This document shows, one piece after another, positions 29,571 to 38,316 of a stretch of 64,000 bases of DNA. This DNA is from Flavobacteriales bacterium (GTDB lineage: Bacteria > Bacteroidota > Bacteroidia > Flavobacteriales > Weeksellaceae). Numbering within the stretch: the first letter of the stretch is position 1; each line of letters begins with the position of its first letter. The position numbers were made by a program, and so were the translations under genes. The notes under the pieces were generated by a model, which worked only from the letters and a program-made list of their open reading frames with translations, made no database searches and was not told the origin of the DNA. Where the stretch lies: positions 1,162,273 through 1,226,272 of the forward strand of contig JACJZS010000002.1 of the NCBI GenBank assembly GCA_020635515.1, in the 5' to 3' direction.

Positions 29571-30272
29571 ATGAACATATTTAAACGATTATTCAGAATA
29601 GGTGAAGCACAAGTTCATTCCACTATAGATAAACTTGAAGATCCAATCGCTATGACCGAACAAGGAATACGCGAAATGAAAGAGCAATTAGATAAAGCGA
29701 TTCAAGCATTAGCCGAAATAAAAGCTCTTGCCATTAGAAAGAAAAATGAAGTAGAATCCTCAAAAAATCAAGCAGATGAATACCAAAACAAAGCTATGAT
29801 TATACTAAAGCGTTCTTCAGAAGGAGAAATACCTCAAGAAGACGCAGATAGATTAGCTTCGGAAGCGATTAAAAAGAAAAATCAAGCACTAAATAATAGT
29901 AAAATTGCCACTCAAGCACAAGAAAAATATGAAACTGATGTTGCAAAAATGCAAAAAAACATCAATGAATTAAAAGCTGATATCTCTAAGTGGGAAGGAG
30001 AATTAAAAACATTAAAAGCAAGAGTAAAAGTATCGGAAGCAACAAAAAACATAAACAAAAGCATGGCGGCGATTGATTCTAACTCTACAGTTTCATTACT
30101 TGAAAGAATGAAAGAAAAAGTGGAAGAACAAGAATCATTAGCCGAAGCATACGGAGAAATTGTGGATTCATCAAAGAGCATAGATGAGGAAATTGACAGT
30201 TATACCAATCAAGAAGATATGCAAGTAGCATCTGAACTAGAAAAATTAAAAAACCAATTAAATAGACAATAA
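29571..30272 (+). CDS. pspA: PspA/IM30 family protein (phage-shock protein A / Vipp1-like, bacterial ESCRT-III)
   Basis: 233 aa. It opens with MNIFKRLFRIGEAQVHSTIDKLEDPIAMTEQGIREMKEQL, the canonical PspA N-terminus, and continues as a long coiled coil. Confidence 0.9.
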   Translation: MNIFKRLFRIGEAQVHSTIDKLEDPIAMTEQGIREMKEQLDKAIQALAEIKALAIRKKNEVESSKNQADEYQNKAMIILKRSSEGEIPQEDADRLASEAIKKKNQALNNSKIATQAQEKYETDVAKMQKNINELKADISKWEGELKTLKARVKVSEATKNINKSMAAIDSNSTVSLLERMKEKVEEQESLAEAYGEIVDSSKSIDEEIDSYTNQEDMQVASELEKLKNQLNRQ

Positions 30273-30275
30273 AAA

Positions 30276-30935
30276 ATGAATATAGAAGAGTTGATTTCTA
30301 TTTCCTTTTCTCCTGTAAATACAGTACTTACGATTTTCCTTATTTTAAGCGTTATCTACTGGTTATTTACAATTATATCGGGAATGGATATAGATTTGGG
30401 TATTGATTTTGATGCAGATATAGATGTTGATACCGATTTTGAGCATCCAGACTCTACTGTTGAAGTACCTCAAGACCCTTCTATGTTTATTCAATTTTTA
30501 AAATTTCTTAACCTAGATGTTATTCCTATCACATTTTTCATAACACTTACAATTCTATTTTCTTGGTTAATTTCGGTCAATTTAAATTACTATTTTCCAA
30601 TTCCAAATTGGTTAGGATTCCTTTTACTAATTCCCATATTTTTTGCAAGTATTACCGTAACTAAATTTGTCACTTTTCCTTTAAAAGGTATTTTTAAAAA
30701 CTTAAATCATCAAGGAGAAAAGACATATGATTTTTTAGGAAGAACAGGAAAACTAAAAGCAACTATACAAGAAAATAAGCTAGGAACAATGGAACTTTAT
30801 ATTCAAGGTGATCCTATAAAAATTTTAGTAAAAAGCAAAGACGGAATTAAACTAGAAGAAAATAGTTCTGTGGTTGTGGTGAACGAAAATCCAGACAAGA
30901 AATTTTACATCGTAGAACAAGATTATCAATTATAA
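30276..30935 (+). CDS. YqiJ-like inner-membrane protein with a C-terminal NfeD-type OB-fold (DUF1449-like)
   Basis: Acidic DxD-rich periplasmic loop, then TM helices, then a C-terminal beta-barrel GRTGKLKATIQENKLGTMELYIQGDPIKILVKS...VVVVNEN typical of NfeD partners of SPFH proteins. It starts 3 bp after the pspA stop. Confidence 0.75.
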   Translation: MNIEELISISFSPVNTVLTIFLILSVIYWLFTIISGMDIDLGIDFDADIDVDTDFEHPDSTVEVPQDPSMFIQFLKFLNLDVIPITFFITLTILFSWLISVNLNYYFPIPNWLGFLLLIPIFFASITVTKFVTFPLKGIFKNLNHQGEKTYDFLGRTGKLKATIQENKLGTMELYIQGDPIKILVKSKDGIKLEENSSVVVVNENPDKKFYIVEQDYQL

Positions 30936-30953
30936 AATTATTTATTTAACATT

Positions 30954-33047
30954 ATGAACATATCATTTATTATTACAGTTGCGGTAATTGCGATTGTAGC
31001 TTTAGGTCTTATTTTTTGGATTCTTTCCATGTATAAAAAGACAACTCAAGGTATCGTAATTGTGCGTACTGGATACGGAGGGACAAAAGTATTCTTTAAC
31101 GCAGGAATTGTAATTCCAATTATTCACAGAATGGAACTGATGGATATTTCCGTGAAAAAGTTAGAAATTGAAAGAGAAGCAAAAGACGGATTAATCTGCA
31201 AAGATAATATGCGTGCAGACATACAAGTTGCTTTTTTTATCCGAGTTAACAAATCTGCAGGAGACATTATTAATGTTGCTCAAACCATTGGTTGCAGTCG
31301 TGCTTCGGATATTGAAACATTACGTCAGCTTTTTGAAGCTAAATTTTCAGAAGCATTAAAAACCGTAGGTAAAAAGTTTGAATTTATAGAACTTTACGAA
31401 GCAAGAAGTGAATTTAGAAACGAAATTCTAAACATTATAGGTACAGATTTAAATGGTTACGTACTAGATGATTGTGCTATTGATTACCTAGAGCAAACTT
31501 CATTGCAATACCTAAATAAAGACAATATTCTCGATTCCGAAGGTATCAAAAAAATAACAGAACTAACTGCTGAACAGAATGTTAAAGCAAACTTTGTTCG
31601 TAGAGAAGAAGAAAAAACCATAAAAAAACAAAACGTAGAAGCTCGTGAAGCAATTCTTGAATTAGAAAAACAATTGGTAGAGAAAGAAGAATCCCAAAGA
31701 AGAGAAGTAGAAAACATTAAATCCAAGGAAAATGCTACTATTTTAAAGGTTCAAGAAGAAGAACGTTTAAAATATGAAACGGTACGAATTGCTACCGAAG
31801 AGCAACTTGCTATTGCAGAAGAAAATAAGTTACGCCAAGTTGTTATTGCTTCTAAAAATAAAGAACGTGCAGAGCTAGTAGAAACCGAAAGAGTAGAAAA
31901 AGACAGAGCATTAGAACAAACCGAAAGAGAAAGAATTGTTGCTCTTGCAGATATAGAAAAAGAAAAAGCGGTAGAGGTAGAAAAGAAAAACATTCAAGAT
32001 GTAATTCGAGATAGAGTTGCAATGGAAAAAACTGTAGTACAAGAAGAACAAAACAAACTCGACATAGAAGCATTTAAAACTGCAGATAGAAAGAAACAAG
32101 TAGAAATCACTCTTGCTCAACAAGAAGCAGAAAAAAGATTAATTCAAGAAATTAAAGCTGCCGAAGCGAGAAAACTTGCCGCAGAAAAAGATGCAGAAAA
32201 ATACGTTATCGAAGCACAAGCCAAAAGAGATGCTGCAGAAAAAGAAGCAAATGCAAGAATCATAATTGCCGAAGCTCAATCAAAAGAAGAAGCAGTTGTT
32301 GGCCTTTCAGAAGCTCAAGTAATGCATGCAAAAGCCGATGCATCAGAAAGACAAGGTATTGTAGAAGCTAGTATAATTGAGAAAAAAGCAAAAGCGGAAG
32401 CTGTAGGAATCAAAGAAAAAGCATCTGCAAAAAAAGACGATGGTCTTGCAGAAGCACTTGTGATTCAAGAAAAACTAACAGCACAAGCGACAGGAGAAAA
32501 AGAAAAAGCTCTTGCCGAAGCTGCTGGAATTACAGAAAAAGCGGAAGCAATGAAAAAACTAAACGAAGCAGGAAGAGAACACGAAGAGTTTAGACTGAAA
32601 CTTGCCAAAGAAAAAGAAGTAGAGCTTGCTCATATAAATATTCAAAAAGATATTGCACAAGCACAAGCTAGCGTTCTTGCCGAAGCATTTAAAACTGCTG
32701 ATATAGACATTGTTGGTGGAGATAATACATTCTTCGAAAATGTAATCAAACAAATTTCTGCAGGACAAGGAATAGACAAATTCATTAAACATTCCGAAAA
32801 TGCACAAATTATTAAAGAATCTTTATTAAGCGATGATTCTAGTGACAATATAATTGGTAAAGTTTTAAACCTTGTAGATAAATATAATGTTTCCTCAGAA
32901 GACATCAAGAACCTAACCATTTCCAGTTTGATTTTTAAACTCAATGGAATGGTAGAAACTTCTTCCGAAAAAGGAATCCTAAACCAAGCACTTGATTTTG
33001 CTAAACAATTAGGCGTTGAAAACAAACCAATTAGCAAAGTAAAATAA
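30954..33047 (+). CDS. Flotillin family (SPFH/band-7) protein, YqiK/FloT-like, with an expanded Ala/Glu/Lys-rich coiled coil
   Basis: N-terminal TM helix, then an SPFH domain (IVRTGYGGTKVFFNAGIVIPIIHRMELMDISVKKLEIEREAKDGLICKDNMRADIQVAFFIRV), then a ~350-aa low-complexity EA-repeat coiled coil and a flotillin C-terminal domain. Confidence 0.9.
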   Translation: MNISFIITVAVIAIVALGLIFWILSMYKKTTQGIVIVRTGYGGTKVFFNAGIVIPIIHRMELMDISVKKLEIEREAKDGLICKDNMRADIQVAFFIRVNKSAGDIINVAQTIGCSRASDIETLRQLFEAKFSEALKTVGKKFEFIELYEARSEFRNEILNIIGTDLNGYVLDDCAIDYLEQTSLQYLNKDNILDSEGIKKITELTAEQNVKANFVRREEEKTIKKQNVEAREAILELEKQLVEKEESQRREVENIKSKENATILKVQEEERLKYETVRIATEEQLAIAEENKLRQVVIASKNKERAELVETERVEKDRALEQTERERIVALADIEKEKAVEVEKKNIQDVIRDRVAMEKTVVQEEQNKLDIEAFKTADRKKQVEITLAQQEAEKRLIQEIKAAEARKLAAEKDAEKYVIEAQAKRDAAEKEANARIIIAEAQSKEEAVVGLSEAQVMHAKADASERQGIVEASIIEKKAKAEAVGIKEKASAKKDDGLAEALVIQEKLTAQATGEKEKALAEAAGITEKAEAMKKLNEAGREHEEFRLKLAKEKEVELAHINIQKDIAQAQASVLAEAFKTADIDIVGGDNTFFENVIKQISAGQGIDKFIKHSENAQIIKESLLSDDSSDNIIGKVLNLVDKYNVSSEDIKNLTISSLIFKLNGMVETSSEKGILNQALDFAKQLGVENKPISKVK

Positions 33048-33063
33048 GATTTGATGTATAAGT

Positions 33064-33103
33064 TTAAGAAGTTAAGTTTTAGATAAATAACTTAACTTCT
33101 TAA
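33064..33103 (+). terminator. Perfect 15-bp-stem hairpin 17 bp after the flotillin stop; candidate terminator or attenuator without a strong U-tract
   Basis: ttaagaagttaagtt - ttagataaat - aacttaacttcttaa. Confidence 0.4.
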
Positions 33104-33116
33104 TTATGAGTAAGTA

Positions 33117-33326
33117 ATGTTTTCAATAATTATAAATATATTTTCTATTTCTATTGTGTTTTTTTGTATTCTAAAATGCATTAAATATGATAAAATTATC
33201 AAAAAAAAAATAAACAATATTTTACTAACCTATGAAGAAAGTAAAGTATATCAAAAGCTTAAAAGCTATTTTCTATATGCATTTATTACATTACTAATTT
33301 TACAATTTTTAGGCTTAATTCTGTGA
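33117..33326 (+). CDS. Small two-TM ORF in the 378-bp AT-rich spacer between the flotillin and giant ATPase genes; may be spurious
   Basis: 69 aa with two hydrophobic helices, in a very AT-rich region that favours chance ORFs. Confidence 0.2.
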   Translation: MFSIIINIFSISIVFFCILKCIKYDKIIKKKINNILLTYEESKVYQKLKSYFLYAFITLLILQFLGLIL

Positions 33327-33425
33327 TTATTTATCTCATTAGAAAAATAAAATTTGTAAAAATGCATTCATTTAAAGACAAGAATTAAATATAATTCATC
33401 ATTAATAATTTATAATTAACAATTA

Positions 33426-36400
33426 ATGTCCGAAGAGTCACAAAACAATCAAGTTTCCAAGGAAACGTACGAAATCATAAAAACTCGTCTTAATAAGCAA
33501 AAAGACGATCTAATTCTGCGTTTAAAAAAGTTAAACGAAAATAGAAATGAAGTTTTTGGAAACAAAGAGTTTAGTTTAATTGCAAACGAAAGAATCTCCA
33601 CAGAACAAGCATGCAAACCAAAGGATATTTTTTCCATTGAAAATCATGTAATCCTCGGATACAACGTGCATCTAGGTTTAAAAAATGAAATTGATATTTC
33701 CGATATTTTTTCTGTTTATTCTTTTGAGAACAATACGTTTGAACCATCTCATCTTAACTTCTTGTCTGATGCAAATTTTATAGACGAAATAAAAAACCTG
33801 TATAAATACTACCGAAATACCAATTTTAAACGTTTTTACTCTACCGAAAATTATCTTTATTTCGTATTTCAACTTTCGGAATCTGTATCGGATATCAAAG
33901 CATTTAAATTTCTAATTGAAAAAGAACAAATTACTTATATTGACTCTCGTTCGGCATCAGAAGTTACTTTCCCTCAACAACACAGTTTTAAATGGGAAAA
34001 AGCCACACGCGACATGCAAAAAACGGGAAAATTTCCTCACGTTTCTCTTGCAAATAAAGTTTTTGTAGAGGCAATTGACGGAGATATTACCATAAAAGTG
34101 GAAGATAACACCGACTCTGGTCTTGGAATCTATTCGGAAGAAGTACAGCACAAAGATCAATCGTTAGACGATGCCGAAATTCATTTTTGTGATTTAGGTA
34201 ATTTAGTTATTTTCAAGATAAAACCGTATCGAGAAGAAGAGCGATATTTTATTTATAATCACAAAGAAAAAAAGGTTTTTAAAGTTGATTCTTTGGAAAA
34301 TTCTGGTATTCTTTTGCCAGAAAATCAAGGAATCATATTTCCAAACGGATACATTCTGCAAAATGGAGAATCGAAAGTAATACATCAAGAAAACCAAGAT
34401 ATTCGTTTTTTGAAACGTATTGCTAGTTCAAATGGAGAAAACTTTCTCTTCGTATACTACAACATTACCTCATCAGATTATTTAATTCTTCCTTACAGCA
34501 TCATTTCTCAAACCATAGATACTCCTATTAGCTGTACGGGTTTTTCTATATTTGATGATGGAACTTTAATTTATTTAAAAGCTAATGAAGAAACAACTAA
34601 AAACCATTTGGTACAACTTTGGGAAACACCTTTTTCCAAGGAAATTAAAATTAACAAGGAACTTGAAAATAATCTTTTGTTTAAAATTGGCAATAAAGAT
34701 TTGGTTCGTCTTCTCGCTGATTGCAACGAATTAATTACATTATTAGAAAAAGAAGATTCTTACTCAGGATTATACAACGATATTGTAACAGAATCTACCG
34801 ACATTTTAGATGCGTATTATTTTTTAAATGAAGAAAAAGTAGGAGAAATTCAAATTCCGTTACTTGAAATTCGAAAAATTGCTCATTCTGCAATAAATGA
34901 ATACGAGAAAGTAGTTGAAATTCGAAAAAATACAAAACAAAAAGTATCCGAAGTTCAAGAAAAATGTGAGAATATTCTTCAAACTACCAAACATTTAGAA
35001 TACAATACTCTTACAGAATACATAGATAATCTTTCTGAACTAAGGAAAATCGTTGGAGAAATTATTTCTGCTCGAAACCTTTCTTATGTAGATATTTCAC
35101 TATTAGACGAACTAGAAAATAAAATTAAAGAACGTTCCGAAGAGCTTTCAGGTGCATGTGTTAAATTTTTACTTCAAGATAACGCTTTAACTCCTTACGA
35201 AGAAAAAGCAAATAATCTATCCCAAAAGATTGAGAATTTAACAAAAGCTATACAGAAAAAAGAAATTGAATCCGAACTCGATGAACTCGCTTTCCAATTG
35301 GAGCTTTTAGTTGATGTTGTAAATAATTTAAAAATAGAAGATACTTCTCAATCAACTGAAATTATTCAAAATATTTCTGTAATCTTTTCACGAATCAATA
35401 CAGAGAGAATAGAACTCAACAAAAAGGTAAAAGAAGTTTCTTCTAAAGAATTATCTGCTGACTTTCAAGCTCAAATTACACTTTTCGACCAATCTGTAGT
35501 CAACTTTATGGAGCTTGCAAATACTCCAGAAAAATGCGATGAATACCTTACCAAATTATCTTTAAGTTTAGAAGAACTAGAAACCAAATTTGTAGATTTT
35601 GAGGAATTTATTGAGGAAATAGCAGAAAAACGAGAAAATGTATACAATCATTTTCAAGCAAAAAAAGTTCAACTCAACGAACAAAGAAATAAAAGAACCA
35701 ACACTTTGTTTTCTTCTGCCAAAAGAATTCTAAATGGAATAAAAAACAAAGCAGAAAACTTTAAATCAGAAACTGAAATCAATGGTTTTTTTGCTTCGGA
35801 TTTAATGGTAAATAAAGTAATTGACTTTTCTAATCAACTGTTAGAATTAGAAGATTCTGCAAAATCGGAAGAAATTCTCACGTTGCTCAAAACAACGCAA
35901 CAAGAAGTAATAAGGAAACTAAAAGATAAAAACGAACTTTTTAAAGACGGAGATAATATTATTTCTTTTGGCGAATACAAATTTGCAATCAATACTCAAA
36001 AGTTAGATTTATCTCTTGTTTTAAGAGAAAATCAATACTATTTTCATCTAACAGGAACTAGCTTTTACGAAAAAATTAAAGATGAATCCATTTATCATTT
36101 AAAAGAAGTTTGGAATCAAGAATATAAATCCGAAAACAAATCAGTTAAGCATTTCGAATACTTAGCTTTTCAAATCTTCTCTAAGAACAAAGAGCTAAAT
36201 AATGTCGATAAAAACACTTCTCTCATACAAGAGTATATGTCCTCTAACTATTCCGAAGGATATGTAAAAGGAATACACGATTCAGATGCTTTGCAATTAA
36301 CAAATGTTTTACAGCATCTTCATAATGAACTGGGAATTCTAAAGTTTAATCCAAAAGAACGAGCATTAGCTCAGCTTTTTTGGAATCAACAATCCAGCGA

Positions 36401-38249
36401 ATATAAAGAGCTTTTAGAAAAGCAATTCAGTGCAATTCAGTTGGTAAATGAAACCTTGAATAGCAATGCAACATTTGATTATATTGTTGATGAGGTAGCT
36501 GAAAAAATTGCGGAATTTTCTATCGAATTTCAAGAATTTAAAAATACAAATCTAAATAACTCTGTAAGTTACTTAATCAAAGAAAATAGAAATGAATTTA
36601 CAATTTCTAAAACTGCATCGGATTTTTACCTCTCATTTCTAAAATACTTAAAAAATAAAACAAAAGATATTGACTTCTTAAATAAAATTGAAAACTTAAA
36701 AAATCATGTAGAAGAATGTTTTTCGATTATTTATAGTTCGTTGAAAAGTTATGCTGAAATCGAAAATTATTCCATAGAAGAATCGTATTTAGTAGAAGTT
36801 GCGGTACTTTACTTATTGAATAATTATCATGAAAATCAAGTGCTAAATGTTCCAACTCAAATCGAACTGAAAGAACTAAAGTCTCTTGAAAGCAATCAAA
36901 TATACAAGCTAGATTATCATCAATTTACTCGAAAACTCGATTTATACACACATGAAATTGTTCCGAAGTTCGATGAGTTAAAAAAGCTAAAACATCAATT
37001 GGTAGTTGAGAAAAAAAATCAATTAAAAATTGATAGCTTCCAGTCAAATGTATTGAGCTCATTTGTAAGAAACAAACTTATCAACCAGGTATATTTTCCT
37101 CTTATTGGAGCAAATCTATCCAAACAATTAGGAACAGTAGGCGAAAATAAACGCACAGATAAAATGGGAATGTTGCTTTTAGTTTCTCCTCCAGGATACG
37201 GAAAAACTACACTTATGGAATACCTCGCCAATCGACTTGGGTTAATTTTTATGAAAATAAATGCTCCATCAATAGGACATTCCATTACTTCTGTAGATCC
37301 TTCTCAGGCAGATAATTCTGCTGCTAAACAGGAGTTAGAAAAATTAAATCTTGCTTTTGAGATGGGAGATAATGTAATGTTGTATTTAGATGACATTCAG
37401 CATTGTAATCCTGAGTTTTTACAAAAATTCATTTCTCTTGCAGACGGACAAAGAAAGATAGAAGGTATTTACAACGGAGAGTCAAAAACCTATGATTTAC
37501 GTTCCAAAAGATTTTGTTTGGTAATGGCAGGAAATCCATATACAGAAAGTGGAGAAAAATTCAAAATACCAGATATGCTTTCCAATCGTGCAGATATCTA
37601 CAATTTAGGAGATATTGCAGGTAATAAACGAGATTTATTCGATTTAAGTCTTATAGAGAATGCGTTAATGTCTAATGTGTACCTTAGAAAACTAACGGAA
37701 TTATCATTAGAAAATCTGTATAGTTTACTCAGTTTAATTCAAAACCCAAATAGTTCTAGTAAAATTAAAGGTAACTTTTCTAATCAAGAAATAGAAGATT
37801 TTAAATCTGTGTTGTTAAAGTCAATTCAAATTAGAAATACGGTAATAAAAGTAAATGAATTGTACATAAAATCTTCTGCGATGAGCGACGACTATCGTAA
37901 AGAACCAGTATTTAAACTGCAAGGTTCATACAGAGATATGAATAAACTGTTAAGTAAAGTGCAACCGATACAAAATGAAAGTGAAATTACAGATATTGTA
38001 TTAGAGCATTATCAGAATGAAAGTCAAACACTTACTATCGATGCAGAAGCAAATCTACTTAAACTTCGTGAATTGATGAATCTTCTATCTAATGAAGAAA
38101 AAAGCAGATGGGAGGAAATAAAAACTACTTTCCAAAAAAATCAAAAGTTTAAATCACTAGGAGATAATGATAGAATGAGTCAGATAGTTGCCTTGCTTTC
38201 TGAGTTTTCTGACGGTTTAAATGGAATCAAAGATGTTTTAAAAAAGTAG
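33426..38249 (+). CDS. Giant (1607 aa) protein: N-terminal ~400-aa beta-rich domain, a long helical/coiled-coil middle, and a C-terminal AAA_5-type (MoxR/McrB/dynein-like) ATPase module
   Basis: Walker A LLLVSPPGYGKTT (about nt 37186-37212). Walker B plus sensor region MLYLDDIQHCNPEFLQKFISLAD. Sensor-1/Arg region LVMAGNPYTESGEKFKIPDMLSNRADIYNL. This collinear pattern matches AAA_5 ATPases (LLDEINRA-NPEV...; ..TMNP.....L..AL.NRF). The ORF is uninterrupted, with no frameshifts. Confidence 0.85.
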   Translation: MSEESQNNQVSKETYEIIKTRLNKQKDDLILRLKKLNENRNEVFGNKEFSLIANERISTEQACKPKDIFSIENHVILGYNVHLGLKNEIDISDIFSVYSFENNTFEPSHLNFLSDANFIDEIKNLYKYYRNTNFKRFYSTENYLYFVFQLSESVSDIKAFKFLIEKEQITYIDSRSASEVTFPQQHSFKWEKATRDMQKTGKFPHVSLANKVFVEAIDGDITIKVEDNTDSGLGIYSEEVQHKDQSLDDAEIHFCDLGNLVIFKIKPYREEERYFIYNHKEKKVFKVDSLENSGILLPENQGIIFPNGYILQNGESKVIHQENQDIRFLKRIASSNGENFLFVYYNITSSDYLILPYSIISQTIDTPISCTGFSIFDDGTLIYLKANEETTKNHLVQLWETPFSKEIKINKELENNLLFKIGNKDLVRLLADCNELITLLEKEDSYSGLYNDIVTESTDILDAYYFLNEEKVGEIQIPLLEIRKIAHSAINEYEKVVEIRKNTKQKVSEVQEKCENILQTTKHLEYNTLTEYIDNLSELRKIVGEIISARNLSYVDISLLDELENKIKERSEELSGACVKFLLQDNALTPYEEKANNLSQKIENLTKAIQKKEIESELDELAFQLELLVDVVNNLKIEDTSQSTEIIQNISVIFSRINTERIELNKKVKEVSSKELSADFQAQITLFDQSVVNFMELANTPEKCDEYLTKLSLSLEELETKFVDFEEFIEEIAEKRENVYNHFQAKKVQLNEQRNKRTNTLFSSAKRILNGIKNKAENFKSETEINGFFASDLMVNKVIDFSNQLLELEDSAKSEEILTLLKTTQQEVIRKLKDKNELFKDGDNIISFGEYKFAINTQKLDLSLVLRENQYYFHLTGTSFYEKIKDESIYHLKEVWNQEYKSENKSVKHFEYLAFQIFSKNKELNNVDKNTSLIQEYMSSNYSEGYVKGIHDSDALQLTNVLQHLHNELGILKFNPKERALAQLFWNQQSSEYKELLEKQFSAIQLVNETLNSNATFDYIVDEVAEKIAEFSIEFQEFKNTNLNNSVSYLIKENRNEFTISKTASDFYLSFLKYLKNKTKDIDFLNKIENLKNHVEECFSIIYSSLKSYAEIENYSIEESYLVEVAVLYLLNNYHENQVLNVPTQIELKELKSLESNQIYKLDYHQFTRKLDLYTHEIVPKFDELKKLKHQLVVEKKNQLKIDSFQSNVLSSFVRNKLINQVYFPLIGANLSKQLGTVGENKRTDKMGMLLLVSPPGYGKTTLMEYLANRLGLIFMKINAPSIGHSITSVDPSQADNSAAKQELEKLNLAFEMGDNVMLYLDDIQHCNPEFLQKFISLADGQRKIEGIYNGESKTYDLRSKRFCLVMAGNPYTESGEKFKIPDMLSNRADIYNLGDIAGNKRDLFDLSLIENALMSNVYLRKLTELSLENLYSLLSLIQNPNSSSKIKGNFSNQEIEDFKSVLLKSIQIRNTVIKVNELYIKSSAMSDDYRKEPVFKLQGSYRDMNKLLSKVQPIQNESEITDIVLEHYQNESQTLTIDAEANLLKLRELMNLLSNEEKSRWEEIKTTFQKNQKFKSLGDNDRMSQIVALLSEFSDGLNGIKDVLKK

Positions 38250-38293
38250 ATAAAATGTCTATATATACTATATGTCATATTGTCATATTTTTG

Positions 38294-38301
38294 TAAATTT
38301 G
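38294..38301 (+). promoter_or_regulatory. Bacteroidetes-type -7 promoter element (TAnnTTTG) upstream of miaB
   Basis: taaatttg lies 16 bp upstream of the miaB ATG, with TTG-containing sequence about 20 bp further upstream. Motif match only. Confidence 0.25.
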
Positions 38302-38316
38302 CACAAATCATAATTA

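Noticed and set aside
31484-32123. Four 70-80-aa minus-strand ORFs inside the flotillin gene
   Set aside because: They lie antisense to a highly repetitive Ala/Glu/Lys coiled-coil coding region. Their low-complexity Ser/Phe/Leu-rich translations are the expected mirror of GAA/GCA-rich codons.
32559-33037. Minus-strand ORFs of 82 and 131 aa overlapping the flotillin 3' half
   Set aside because: Antisense to a well-supported conserved CDS, with no motifs.
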